A stretch of DNA of 64,000 nucleotides, from positions 19,842,001-19,906,000 of the forward strand of contig NC_087252.1 of the NCBI RefSeq assembly GCF_037042905.1, given 5' to 3'. The notes under the pieces were generated by a model. The model was not told the origin of the DNA, did not search any database, and saw only the letters and a program-made list of their open reading frames with translations. This stretch comes from Lytechinus pictus. Its lineage: Eukaryota. Below, in pieces: positions 1 to 14,162 of this stretch. The number at the start of each line of letters is the position of its first letter. The first letter of the stretch is position 1. Position numbers and translations under genes: made by a program.

Positions 1-194
1 CGTCCCCTGTCCCCCCTGGGATTTCCGCCCATGGCGTGTGAGGATGTATTTCCTGCCTCATAGAGAAGTAAATTCAACACGAATTAACGTAGGTTTACGC
101 ACAAATACCAATACAAAGCCCGTTTTCAAATCTGAATATTTAAAACACAAGACAATGCAATAATTAAAGTATATATTTTCACCCCCCCCCCCGA

Positions 195-885
195 TTATGG
201 ACATCCCTCGTGTGAACACCCGATCAATCCTATCGTCTATAATGTATCGCGAACCCTACTCAAATGAACACCCCAGCCCAGCTAGTAGGTATGGCCTAAC
301 ACCCCCTTGTATAGCCTTATATCTAACCTCGTTCAAATTTGCTCAACGGCGGCCGCACGGCAAGTCGAAAACAGCCCTTTTAACAATTTTTTGTACCAGC
401 TACATAATAGGTGGTTTGAAATAAAATTGATAAAACGGCTGTCTTCGATTCGCCTTACGGCCGCCGTAGAGCAAATGTGACCGAGTCATTAACGTCTATG
501 CAAATCGCGAACTCTAACTCGTGTGAACATTCCCAGCCAATCGCATATCATACATCGCGGATCCCCATGTGTGAACACTCCATCCTACTGTCTATTCTGT
601 ATTGTGAACCCTCCTTAATTGTGTGAAAACGGAGCCTATCGTGTTTCATAAATATTGTGAGCCCTACTCGTGTGAACACTCCAGCTACCATGACCCTCCT
701 CGTCTGAATACTCCAGTCTATTTTCATTCAAGTATCGTGAATCCTTCTCATGTGTACACCCCCAGCCTATCGCCTACATGTATCATATATCACAAATCCT
801 CCCCATGTAAACATCACCAACCTATTTATCGAATATCATCGTATCGTGAATCATTCTCGTGTGAACACCACAGCCTCTGTCGCTC
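195..885. repeat. Degenerate minisatellite, ~45-55-bp unit with ctcgtgtgaacac core
   Basis: Recurring (c)tcgtgtgaacac...ctatcg...tatcgtgaa at ~207, 518, 568, 667, 750, 856. Confidence 0.75.
325..487. mobile_element. Small MITE inserted in the minisatellite
   Basis: ctcgttcaaatttgctcaacggcggccg / cggccgccgtagagcaaatgtgaccgag. Confidence 0.65.
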
Positions 886-1616
886 AACAGGAAGGGAAGT
901 CCCCCTTATCCGATCGTGCTCATGACTCGTCGTGGTTGACAGTCACACCAAATAACCGACTCCAAACGGACCGATGTCGAGTCATTCGGATTAACGTAAT
1001 AGATGTGATCGGTCACTAATCGATTTCATTGGAGTGACTGCTACGTAAGACACCACGCAGACCTAAATAATATAATTGCGAATCTCGAGGCACAAAAGTT
1101 GAAACTTTCGTGTACTGAGGGGAATGTGTTGAAAACTGCCGTGCAGGAAGAGCGAGTTTGAGATCGATTTTGGAGTATCCCTATATCTTGTCCAATGGGT
1201 AAGTCTATTTCGTTTTCTTAAATATGAAATGTAATAGGATGTTTTGCAGGAGTATCCTTTACAAGAACTCAAATAATATTTTAGAAGAAACCAAATAACC
1301 TTCTCATTTAAATCTTCAAGGCTGCTAACGTGAAATAATTTTCAATATGCACTTTATAGGGCTACTGTAAAAGGTCGCGAAGTCACAAGAAAATAATAGC
1401 ATAGAAAAGGTACACATCTTTCCAGCCCTCTAGTATAGGCCAATTCTAACTAAAAATATTTTGCCTTTAATTTCAATGTGAAGAAAAACCTAGGGTTCAT
1501 AGCGTGGCTACTTAGCTTGTTACTTCTCTTCCACCTAGATTTACGGTGTTCTTGCCAACTTAGATAAGCCTACCAGGTCAAGCTCTTCACTGTAATCCAA
1601 ATACCCTAACTCAGTT

Positions 1617-1837
1617 ATTATAATAATGATAATAATAATAATGATACAAATTAATGAAAATTTAAAGCATTTAAAAGGCGCCGATTATCTAGTTGCCTAT
1701 TCAATGGCGCAATATACATGTATCATGTGTATATTACCCCGGCTTTACCTCCAGCTGCTGAAGGTGCTTGGTGCATTCAAGGAATTAATCCTGCCCGGTA
1801 CCCATTCACCTCACCTGGGTTAAGTGCAGCACAATGT
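1617..1837 (-). mobile_element. SINE 3' half; the remainder is at 7466-7520
   Basis: Core ...cctgggttaagtgcagcacaatgt breaks at ~1837; gtggataaatttcttgctgaagg...attcgaacc resumes at 7466. Confidence 0.78.
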
Positions 1838-2562
1838 TCAAGTTTCAAGCATTCCCATGTTCAAGTTTTTATGGGGCATGCCCAATCTTTATCATGGTTT
1901 TAGGTTTTTCTCAATTTTTTTATACATATCAATCCATTTTAATAATGAAATTTAATCGACTGTAACATACATGCAAGCCAATGTTTTCTCAGATCATTGT
2001 TTTTCAGCAATGTTCAGACCAAATGAGTTTTTGAAAGATTGTATTTTTTTAACTATAAAGGCTTATGTAAATACACTTGACTAGACCAAGTTTGATAATT
2101 ATAATTATTTCTTTCTCTGCTCAGATGTGCAACTTTGAGCTATGAAACAAAACTATTGTAAGCAAAATGATATATCTTAGCGTGTAAAAGAAAAGAATAA
2201 GATAAAACAACAATCTTCTGAAGGATCATTTTACTGTTAGACGAAATTTCTTTATCACAATTTTGAAGAATATGAAGTATTTATGTTTAAATCGCAACGT
2301 TGCAATTTTAAAATTATTGGCAATTCACTTGATTACAGAGTAAAGATGCACATATCAGCTATGTAAAAAGAATAGGAAAGGTAACTATGCAGGTATTTGC
2401 TTTTTATAATTGTCTCATTGTCTTTATAAAAATGTTCTTCAAACTGTGGTGTATGCAGATAGTCTCGTCTTCGATCTATTCTATTTTGATAGTTTTGATT
2501 GTGTGAAGTTTTTGTTTGATGGAAGTGAATAAATAAATTTGAATTTGAAATTTGAATTTGAA
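1838..2562 (+). mobile_element. Probable 3' fragment of another LINE
   Basis: Begins where the SINE is cut; ends in AATAAATAAA plus an (TTTGAA)n tail. Coding remnant is weak. Confidence 0.45.
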
Positions 2563-4437
2563 GTTTATCTTGTCCAACTATTCTTAATTTCTAAAGAAGA
2601 AATTGTGTTCTTTTGCCTTATAATTGGCTTCTTATAGTGGTTATACGATGGATTTTGTTATCGGTTTTATACCCATGATGTTTATAATTTTGATCAAATT
2701 AGCTTAATTTCTTCTTCTTTACATATTTCCTTTTCTGCCAACTTTATTTTCTTTCTCCAACCTTCTTGTGGGCATAACTTTACCGTGTACCAAAACGACG
2801 TGTAATTGACGTTCAATATGTATTCACTTTGTTCGCACTCATTCAATATGCAACACAAATTTGCATAGGTTTTGTTATCTTTTCCAAAGCCAAAGCTACA
2901 ATACACATAGTATGTAACCTAATATATTTTAATGACATTTGTCAAATCAGGTATCAGTCTGGATTGAAATTATTGAGTGAACCTATACAAAAATTTAGTG
3001 ACCTATTACATAATCGAATATATTGTTACATGTGTGAGCAAATATGTCGGAACCATGACTGGAACGAATATTTTTCTTGTTGCAAACACTGCCTCCAACC
3101 ATGGACCTATTACGAATTCCATGCTCCAACACTTATTTCCTTTCAACCAGTTGAATGATAATGAGCTCGATTATGTAATATCGGCTGATGAACCTTTAGA
3201 AGACAATTTTGATAGACTTTCTCACTTACATTTTGATCCTTTTTTAGCACATGAAAGCATTGTCCTAAACGACGATGTTGACCCAGAATTCCAGTCTTAT
3301 CGTGAGAGTTTAAATGACTCTTGATGCTATTGTTATGAAGAATTTAATACAAACTTTGAAAATATTGGTGCCCCGAGCAGCGGTAAATTTTGAGCATTCA
3401 CTTTAATGCTAGAAGTCTTTTAAATTCTTTTGATGACATTTTAATGTGTCTTAACTCTTTGAATTTACATTTGATATACTTGCCATATCCGAAACCTGGC
3501 TAAGATTCGAAAGCCCCCTTATTCATATGCTTAAAATTACTCGTTCATTTGCAATAATAGGATATAATTCAGAGGTGTTGGAGTTGGAATGTATATCCAT
3601 GATTCTTTTAATTTCTTAGAACACAATGACCTAAATTTAAGCGAAGCAACATGCGATTCTTTATTCATCGAACTGGAATAGTGCTTAATTAGGGAAAATA
3701 TAATTGTAGGAACCTTGTATAGAGCCCCATCGTTCGACATTAATGCATTTATTGAGGAGTTTGATAACCTTTTGGTCCGTCTTTCCAGGGAAAATAAAAG
3801 GGTATTTTTGACGGGCGACTTAAATATAGATATTTAAAAATACAAGTCAAATTCTCAAATTAAGAACTTTGTGAACTCTCTTTTAAGTATTTTTTCTCCC
3901 TATAATTCACAGGCCCACAATAATTACTAAGGCAAGTGTCACGCTGTTAGATAATTTTCTGACTAATCAATTCGAATTAGATACTAAATGTGGAGTGATC
4001 TACTCTGACGTGTCAGATCACTTACTAATATTACATGTAACCTACATGAATGTTAGTAAAAATTAAATGGACATATCAAAAAGTTGCAAAAAATATTGGA
4101 ATAATATATCGCTTAAGTTTTTACTTGCCTAAAACTGCATTGCATACACTATGTTGCTCTCTTGTCATATTTCTATTTCTGTAATTTGGTCAGGGCTAAC
4201 ACATACCAAACCATCTTAAAAAATTAAGTTCCCTTCAAAATAAAATTGTACTTATCATTTCTCCAGACGACAAGATACCACTAGCAAATAGTACTAACAT
4301 TTTGTTTTATTCCCTAAAATTGTTGAAATTAGACGACATCAACAAACTTCAACAATGTAATTTTCTCTACAGGTGTCTATAATTTCAAATTCCGGTCACA
4401 AAAATTTCGTGATTCATTTACGCATGCTTCCATTATA

Positions 4438-6884
4438 GGGTGATTCCATACGTGTCGTACGGGACATTTATAGAACATTTGACAGTTTTTTGACAAGAAA
4501 AACAAAAAATATTCCAGTAACTAAATGTGATCATCAACTACTACCAGAGTGTTAGGAAAACCAAGACTTAACATGACTTGAATTCACATCCTGTATAATA
4601 CAGATTTAAAATAGTAATGTGTCGTACGGACGCAGAAAAGTGGTTTTTTTAGAAACCTCAAGTTTGTACTCTAAAGTCTGTTGAGTTGAACAGATAATTT
4701 TCATAGAAACCGAACTTAAACTGATATTCAATTACCCAAGAACAAACGCATTTATGAAAGAAAGCAAAATAAACATTCATGAATAAATAAAGCAAATTAC
4801 AATTTTCGAGAACATTGTGGCGTATGGGACACTCAAAATGTGTCGTACGGGACATCTCTAAATTGAAGCCAAACTTTCCTACTTTATGTCTCTTTGACTT
4901 CTTCAATAACTTTATTTGGCTGATGATAATGATAATCCTATCAAACTAAAGACATTCATTATGTTAGAAACCGCTTTTGGCTGAATATTTCTGTCATTAT
5001 ATCATAAATAAAATAATGTGTCGTACGGGACACTTGTGTGTCATACGGGACACTTGTGTGTTGAACAGGCACTTGCGTGTTGTATTGGACAGCCTGAATA
5101 AAACAATGAACTTTTTTCAATTAGAAGGGGAGCATTGCCCCTAAATTCTTCCTTTTTAAAAAGTAGTCATTCAGGACAATATAATTAAGTAACCTCAACA
5201 TATACAATCGGGAGCAATATGTTATCATTTTTTTCATGATGGGAAATTACAATGGTTCACAGCATTTTTACGAGATGAAAAACTTGAGGTTTTGTGTGAA
5301 GTTATATTTTAGTGAATCAATTGATGATTTTCAATGCACTATTTAAACAATGAATGAATGAAATTGTTTGTGTAAATTATGGGGCAAAAATGTTATGATT
5401 TTTCATATAAAATGTATATATACATGATATGTCACAACTGTCACTTGAAATTCCACAAAATATTTTTTTCTAAAGAAATGCGATTCTACTTTTTCAAACC
5501 TTTCTGCATTTCATGAAACCATATGATTTGTCTTATTTTCCAGATATTTTTTTTGAACAACATGGTTTGTCTTATTTTCCAGATTTTTTTTCACAACTTA
5601 AAAAAGTAAGGAGTCTCAATACTGTATATAAAAAAAATAGTGATCATCAAGGAAAGTCCACATAGATGATTGATATGTAAATATTTTTTCTTTTTACATC
5701 TTATAATAATTACACATTAGCATGCAAGAGGAAGTCATATTCCAGGCTAGGGTGAATCAATTATAAATGTTTTCTTTTCATGCTCAATGACAAAGAAATT
5801 AACCTGCTCTGACCAGTGAAAATCACCAGTTTAGCTGAAGGGGTTCACAAAAGAATACGCCTACATGAAGTCAATTAAAATGGTTAGAATCGCCTATTTC
5901 ATGTTCTATGTCGATAAATAAAGTACTTTTTCAGTTCACTTTATGTCAAATCAATTACTTAGATTAAAATAGGCCTGATATTTATAGTTTCTGAATCCAA
6001 ATCCTGCAATTAAATGCAGTATATATTGTGTGTCGTACGGGACATGTCCCGTACGACACACACTGTGTCGTACGGGACAACTTTTAATAAGACAATTATT
6101 GAAAAATGAAGGGCAGTAATTAGATCCTTATGGGATAAATCGATCACCTATGGGTCAAAGATAGAGAAACTGATATCGTGAAATTGCATCATCAAAAATG
6201 AAATTGTAGGAATTTTTTTTTGCATTTTCATGTGTCGTACGGGACATTGTCAAAAATAGGTTCGGAAAAATCAGGGCTGCCCCTATTATCAGGGGCGGAT
6301 CCAGCTTTTTATAAAGGGGGGGTTGGGGTGGTATGCGAGGGAGCGTAGCGACCGAGTCCAGGCGAGCGGAGCGAGCGAGGGGGGAGGGTGTGGGAGGGGG
6401 GTGTCCCCCCTCCCACAGTAGGGACAATTTTTGAAAATCTGTGTGTGAAATAAAATTACAAGTTTAAAAAAAAAGATAAGATTTAAAAAAATGGTCCCCG
6501 GATTTTTTTTTTTGGGGGGGTTGCAACCCCCCCAACCCCCCCTCTAGATCCGCTTCTGATTATGGATCATGAAAATGTTGTAGATATTATTTGGAACCAT
6601 CAATGATACATTATTCCATTGACCCGCAAAATTTTCAATCTTCTCGTGCTTTACCAATAATCGTTTCAGGCAGTGTTTGTAGTTGACTACTTATTTAGCA
6701 AAATTATTGAAAATTGAAACTGCCATTGTTTCCCCCAAAAAAAATATATATCTGACTTCATTTTTGGTTAAAACCGTAATTTTCATAAAAGTTAGGTATC
6801 ATAGTAAAATATTACACTACTTATGACTTATTGAAAGCATGTTGAAATTTATGATATTTTTGAAGTTCTAGTGTGGAATCGCCC
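4438..6884. mobile_element. Non-autonomous DNA transposon with 14-bp TIRs and TATA TSD
   Basis: TIRs gggtgattccatac / gtgtggaatcgccc (12/14); tata at 4434-4437 and 6885-6888; removal restores the LINE frame HASIIQHFDTR; internal repeats of tgtcgtacgggaca. Confidence 0.85.
6290..6558. mobile_element. G-rich MITE nested in the 4438-6884 element
   Basis: TIRs caggggcggatc / gatccgcttctg; attat duplicated at 6285-6289 and 6559-6563. Confidence 0.8.
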
Positions 6885-8797
6885 TATACAGCATTTTGAT
6901 ACCCGCTCAAATAATCAAATATTTATTCCCAAACATATAAAAATAATCTTCCAACTCAACATTCGTTATACTGGCCCCAAAATATGGAACGAAATTCTGG
7001 ATTGCATAACAAATCTCTATCAACAACTAGCTTTAAATATGACATGAAAAAAAGAATGCTTTCGTCATCCTATATGAATATCTTCCATTTTACGTTTCCT
7101 TTTGACTTGATAATAACCATGTACAATTGCTGTTGCGGCATTTATATTTTGCTCCCACTGATACATTTGTTGAGCATTCTATTGTATTTAGTAATTCATG
7201 CCCGGCTCCCCGCCTTTGTCTCCCTCTCTAATATAATTCCCTTTCCTTCTCTTCTTTTATCTGCCCTTTTCTTACTGTATTGTATTTATGTCTAGAGGCG
7301 TATCCCGCCACAAGCCTTTGCTTTTAGGGTATACGCCTTCTTCTTTAATCCTAACATATTTATATTCTTCAGAACAAACTGATTTTTGTATGAATTTATT
7401 TTTAAGAAAAAATGTAGAAATTTATGAAATGGAAGAAAATAAATGTTTAATTGATTGAATCTGAACGTGGATAAATTTCTTGCTGAAGGAAAACACGCCG
7501 TGGATGGGATTCGAACCTACTTACCATGTTCATACTGAGACGCAGTGTAAAAAGTCTGTTTAAATTGAAGATTTTGTTATTGTTTACATTTTGACCAATA
7601 TTATGCCACCATAATGTACGTTGTTAAAGACATCAATAGTGATTGTAACATATTCTTTTAAGCGATATTTTGGAAATACCGATATACGGGTCCAACATGT
7701 TTAATTCCCCTACATCACTAGCCCTGCTTTATCATGCCAGACAATTTCTTAAAAATTAAACAACATTTGTTGTTTAAAATGACAGGTAATGATGGCTCTA
7801 CTCGGAGTTTTATTTCTGTATTTTAGTTAATGATATGTGGTTATGATGGACATTGGTTGTTTGGTAGTTGCTTAAAATTCATAGCAGTTGTTTAAGCCAT
7901 TTTCTGCTTTGCACATCATTTCCACCCCATTTATTGATAATTTTGACCAATCCTTATAAGGGTACATCCCCTGTATGGTAAATGTTTTGTCACCCCCAGC
8001 ACAAGATGACGTCATCATACCATTTAATAATTACGGCCGGTCATCACCAGGAAGTGACCATATTATACGGTCATTCCTAAAATAGGTCTGGATTTCTTTG
8101 TTAAAGCGGGAGATTATATTTCCACAACTTGAATTTTTTGTTTAAAAATGATACAATGCATGTTGTGTGAAAATTAAATCTAAATTGTGATATAATTAAA
8201 GCGTTGGAAAATGCAACTAAACTGTCTAAATTTATTTTTAAAACAAGAAATGCGTTTTTTAACAAGAAATGCGTTTTGTGTTATACAATTTGGGTGGGAA
8301 ATTCCATTAAACAAGGTAAACTTTAAACGTGTTATATTTGAAAGAGTAAATAAACCTGAACTTGAAATAAAAACAATCAATTGAAAAAAAGAATCGGTCA
8401 ATAAAACACTTTTATAAAGCTATGTTATGAGAACGAAAGTTCAATGAAGTTTACACTCTTAAGCTTTTGGGAAATCTGGAGAAGGGCTTCATATTTTTGT
8501 TTTCATAAATTGTTGGCAATGTTTCATTTGTTGACGTTAGTTATTACTTTCTAATCAATGTTTACTTGTTTGTTGATGTGTTGCGATGGTCAATTAGCAG
8601 TTGGAGTGAAAACTGTCTTCCCTTGAGGCCTAGGATAAGGCCTTTATACGATAGTCTTACTCAAAATTATTTTCTGCTTAGCCTAATCTCATACACCTTG
8701 CTTTGGGTTTCAAAACATGCCCCGATGTTAACTGACTTCTACTTGGTTGAAATGACAGCTGTATTTTCTTGAGTGTGTACTTTTCAGTGTAATTAAT

Positions 8798-8860
8798 TAT
8801 GATGATGATGATAATGATAATGATGATGATGATAATAATAATAATGATAATAATAATAAC

Positions 8861-8895
<35 letters not shown>

Positions 8896-8935
8896 TAATA
8901 TTATTATTAATAATAGTGATTATAATTATAATAAT
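8798..8935. repeat. (ATG)/(AAT)n microsatellite
   Basis: Read directly. Confidence 0.9.
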
Positions 8936-11900
8936 TCAATTCAATTCAATTTTATTTGGCAAATTAAAACAATCAAGAAGTTACAAAGTAAACAAATACA
9001 TAAGAATGAGCCAGGACCTCTGAAAAAGCATCCAGTGCTTATATTTGAGGCCCTAAAGGACAATTGAGAAAAACAATAAAATACAAAAAATAACATTAAA
9101 ATAACTTTGTTTAAAAACGAAAGTATTAGCTAAAGGCCTGCACAGTATACCTATAAAAAAGCACATACACCCGCAAACACACATTGCAACATAAGAATAA
9201 GGAAAGTGAGAAAGAATAATTAGATAAGAGAGGAATAATAGAATCAAAGTAAGAGTGAGAGCGAGAAAAGAGGATAAAATGAAGAAAAAAAAAGGAGTCT
9301 ACTCAGCCAAGGATGATAGTTTTTCGAAAATTGATCGTTTCAGTAATAGTCTGAAACGAGGGAGTGTTGAACATGACTTCAGATTGTTGCACAGTGAGTT
9401 CCATTCATGAACACCTGTGTACCGGATAGAATGAGTTTGCATTGTTAAATGAGTAAAAGGAACACAAAGATTATTTCGCATACGTGTGTGGTAACTATGG
9501 AAGAAACAATTGGTTTTAAACATATTATCAAATATTTTGGGTAGAATTCCTCTGTGGTACTTAAACTAAATACAGATATATTTAGTTTTACAAGATCATA
9601 TATAGGAATGATTTTTAGATTAAGAAATAATGGTCGACTGGGACTACAAAAGTCACTCTTTGTTATTAATCTTAGTGCTCTTTTCTGTAAAATATAGAGT
9701 TTCTCTATATTAGTCTTATACGTTTTACCCCATATCTCATTACAATAGTTAAGGTGTGGCAAGATTATAGCATTATAAATGTTAATTAATATTTTACCAG
9801 GTAGACAGTACCTAAGTTTTGATAAAACACCAATACTTCTTGAAAGCTTAGAACAAATATTAACAATATGATACTTCCAGTCAAGTGACTCATGTACCAA
9901 TACACCTAAAAAACTTAATGATTCATTTCTAGAAATAACAGTATTGTCAATTTTTATTGGCTCGGTATTCAATGGATTTTTTTTAACGTTTAGAATGGAA
10001 AATAATATACTTTGTTTTCTTAAAATTTAAGACAAGTTTGTTACATGCAAACCAGTCATTCAACATGTTTAATTCTTTGTTCATTGTAGCTGTTAGAGTA
10101 AAAATATTTTTATGTGAACCAAAAACAACAGTATCATCAGCAAAGAGTGAAAATTTCAATGAATTAGAAGATTTCATAATATCATTAACATATATTAAAA
10201 ATAGGAGGGGCCCGAGCACAGAACCTTGTGGTATACCTAAATTAACATCTAATTCAACAGATTCGACACCATCGACCACCACAAATTGTTTTCTATTTAA
10301 TAAGTAACTTTTAAACCATTGTAAAGATAAACCTCTGATTCCATATAAACTTAATTTTTTAAAAGAATGTGATGATCGATGGTGTCAAATGCTTTCGACA
10401 GGTCCATAAAAACTCCACAACAAAAGTTGCCTTTCTCTATTTCATTTAAAATATAATCAGAAAAACATATCACACTTAAAGAAGTGGAATAATTCTTCCG
10501 AAAACCAAACTGTTCCTGTATTAAAATGTCCTTTTTAGTAAGAAAATCAGTTAGTCTGTTAAACATTATTCTTTCAAGTAATTTGGCAAAAATTGAAAGG
10601 AGTGCAACAGGTCTATAATTTTTGATATAATCTGGATTTTCCTTTTTAAACAAAGGCACAACCTTTGCTATTTTTAGTTTTTCAGGCACTGAACCAGTAC
10701 TCAGAGACATATAAAAAATATTACATAACGGCAGAGCAATATAATGTATACATTCTTTGATAATTTTGGGTGATATTCCATCAGATCCGTTAGCCTTTGA
10801 AGATTTAATGAAGGAAGACATTTGAATTAATTCATGAACAGTTGCAGGTTTATTAAAGAATGATTCAAGAGTTCGGAATGAAAAATAATCTTGAAAAGAG
10901 TGCGAAGGATTTGATATTGACTTTGATAAGTTTTTACCAATATTAACAAAATAGGAATTGAATTGGTTTGCTATATCGAACTTGGATGAAAATTTCACAT
11001 TTTTAAGATACATTTGCTTTGGTAATGCATGATGTTTTTTATTACCTAATATATCATTAATATGTCTCCAAGTTTTCTTCATATCACCTTGGATTGATGA
11101 AAAGATATCATTGTAATATTTATATTTGGAATAACGAATAATACTTATAAGCTTATTTTTGTAGTTCTTATATTTCATAACATGATGAGAATTTGTATTT
11201 TTTAGACTTATTTTATACAATTTATTCTTACGACTTATGGATTTAAGTAGGCCCTTAGTAATCCATGGTTTCTTAAATTTAGACAAATTTTGTTTATTAC
11301 AAACTGTCTGAAGTGGAAGACATGAATCATATGCATAAGAAAATTTTTCAAAAAAATTATTGTACATTTCATTAACATTAGCACAGTTTTCAGTACAAGA
11401 CCAATCAATATTTTTCATTTTTTCTTTAAATGACAGTATATTTGCATCATTAATTAATCTCTTTTGAAATGATTTTTTCCTTTGGTGGTAGTTATGTTTT
11501 ATTGTTTCATTTTTCAAAATAGAAAATATTGGGAAGTGATCGGAAATATCATCATATATGATTCCACTGTGGATCTTTTTGTCAAACAAGTGAGTTAGTA
11601 TAAATATTATCAATTAAAGAAGCCCTATTTGCTGATATACGAGTTGGTTTTGATATCAAAGGATACATGTTGAAAGTATGCATCACATCTAAAAATTCAT
11701 TTGTCTTACTATGTGAACTATAATTAATTAAATTTATATTGAAGTCACCCATTATGTATATTTCTTTCTTTTCACTTCCCAATATTTCCAGTACATTATT
11801 CATTGATACAATAAAATCAGACATGTCACTATTCGGTGGTCGATATATGCATGCTACAACAATTGATTTGTTACCATGAGTAATTTCAATAAAAACCATT

Positions 11901-12860
11901 TCGTAATTATTTGTTATACATGAAAGATCGCTACGTAGCGAACAATCAAAGTCATTTTTTATATACAATGCGACTCCACCGCCAACTTTGTTCTGTCTAC
12001 ACAAGTGAACAAGATTATAGTTTGTGATATTATATAAATTTATATTTGTATTGAGATTAAACCAAGTTTCAGATACTGCCATAACACTAAAATTAAAATC
12101 GAGCGATGATAATAGTGCGTTGAAATGATCGAAATTTCTCTGAAGACTTCTGCAATTAACATGAAAAGTTAAAAGTTTAAGTAATCTTTTGCATGTTTAG
12201 TATAGAAATCGTCGCAAAACATATAATTACACTTTTCAGTAAAACCAGTTTCAGGGAAACTATTATCACTATCATCCGAATTGCCTTCTACATAAAATGA
12301 TTGATCAATTGAAGAATCAATAAAAAATGGATTAATTTTCAAGCTTTGTATTTCGTCAACGTTAATATTTTGAGATATGTGACAGTAATGATAAAGTGTG
12401 AAATGAAATTCACTGTCATTGCAAATGTGATTAGAATATCTGAGATACAATCAATACAAATCCATAACTGAGTAGAAGAAGTAGTATTGCAATTCATACA
12501 CACACTCATTCACACTAGAGGCCTTTACAATACAACAGAGGTGTTTATATATTTAAAAAAAAAAAAAAAAAAAATCAAGATCAAAGGTAGAATTCAAACT
12601 AAGGTAGATGGAGTAGCTTGGACAATATTTATGTTCATGAGTAGCAAAAAAATGAGGGCAGACAAAATAATTATAGCTTATGAATGTTATAAGATAGGAA
12701 ATTAAAAATTACTCCAATCTCAAAACACTAATTTGCATGTGTTAAAAATTCAGTCTCCATTACTTGTTCCTTACTGCCAGTAAATATAAAAGTCTATCAT
12801 CTTGCACGGTTTCAATGCATTTTTTTGTTACATAGTAATGTAATGTTTAATTCAGTCCAA
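8932..12860 (-). mobile_element. CR1/L2-clade LINE, near-complete ORF2 (APE endonuclease + reverse transcriptase) broken by frameshifts
   Basis: ORF pieces 11582-12082 (AVSETW, GGGVALY, IYRPP, GDFN, IDNI), 10351-11613 (SDHFPI, NYRPVALL, QFGFR, DLSKAFDT), 9983-10282 (GIPQGSVLGP, FADD), 9445-9972 and 9299-9523. 3' end has AATAAA then an (ATTGA)n tail; AAT-rich sequence on both sides. 5' boundary approximate. Confidence 0.95.
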
Positions 12861-14130
12861 TCTGTGAAAATAAAATTTATTAATTATTAATTAATAATGA
12901 TTATGATAATGAAAATAATATTTAGTAATAATATACAACCTACATTTTCCTTCCGGTTACAAAGCATTGCGCACACATTACTTCATGTCTCAGCTACATT
13001 TCAAGTACCTATTGTTTTCGATTTGTCATATTATAACGTAGCTCCATGATTATATATAGGTTAGACTCAACGAAAATATCACCTATCGGTTTATATGATA
13101 TTGAAGGTATATGCCTATTTTTGGTTATAAGCATGGAGTAACACTTTTAAATCTTTTATCACAAAGTCAAAATACTTTCGAATCGAAAATATCGCAGACC
13201 TGAACGTAACCTCGTGAACGTGAAATAAGCTTCTACCGGCAGACACATATTTAAAACATCGTTTCGTAAAGTATTGAAGAATGATCTTTATCAGTTAATA
13301 TTAATTCATAATTCTTTTCGCATTGAAGTCAGTCTGAATTATGACACCTTTTTATAATAGTTTTCAAAATGGGTTTAACATACAAACTGAATAACGAGAG
13401 TGTAATTTCATTACATCGTCTCAGTTTCTCTTTCGTATAAGTCACTTGGGAGTTATTGTATGTTAGCAGCATATAATGAAGCAATGAAATTAAAGAGAAG
13501 TCGAGTATGCATTTATAGCCTATAATCAATGATAATGTTTCAAAGTAATTGCAATTCCCTCATAAAGATTTTTTACTGGTACTAATGGTTGGACTAAAAT
13601 GACTGGTTCATAATCATCGTAATATAAATTGTTGTTGACGGGGCGATATGATCTATATTTTCAACAGGTTATCGTAAAACAATATGTAATGTATATAGTT
13701 GATAACCATGACCAAACTGATATTATGTCCAAGCAAGCGTAACTTTTTATCAGATGTATCACGTGAGGGTGTCCGCCTTGTGCGTGTGTGAGAGGGAAGT
13801 GTATGTGTGTGTCATGTCTAGTGACTTGTTTGGTGTGTGTGGGCGAGGACGTCTGTGTGTGGGTATGCTAAATTCAGGCACAGGCAGCTCGTGGGAGGGG
13901 GAGGGGCGGCAGTAGGTTTTATCCGCACTTTCTTTTCCAACAAAAAAAAATGTTCCGGTGAGTGATAATCTTTTTTTTTTCTTCAAATTTGGGCATTCCC
14001 CTGGTCAATCCTGAATTTACTTCCGAGAGATTTATAAAAGCGAGGACATACTACTCTCTTTAGGCTTAAAGTAGACAGAAATCCGCAAATGTGAATAGCA
14101 CCAAGTTTGCTCATTTTTTTGGTTTTATTA

Positions 14131-14162
<32 letters not shown>

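Larger units (their letters stand above)
2563..7464 (+). mobile_element. Highly degenerate, internally deleted CR1/L2-type LINE, interrupted by a DNA transposon at 4438-6884
   Basis: Endonuclease remnants (AISETW ~3482, LYRAP ~3715, GDLNID ~3814, SDH ~4012); C-terminal remnant (...HFDTR...NIRYTGPKIWN) resumes at 6889; AATAAA and TTGA-type tail ~7438-7464. 5' boundary approximate. Confidence 0.8.

Noticed and set aside
197..1019. Short ORFs at the window start
   Set aside because: They arise from the ctcgtgtgaacac minisatellite; no splice or domain support.
7957..8785. Possible TIR element (gggtacatccc ... gagtgtgtac)
   Set aside because: Terminal match too weak and no TSD could be identified.
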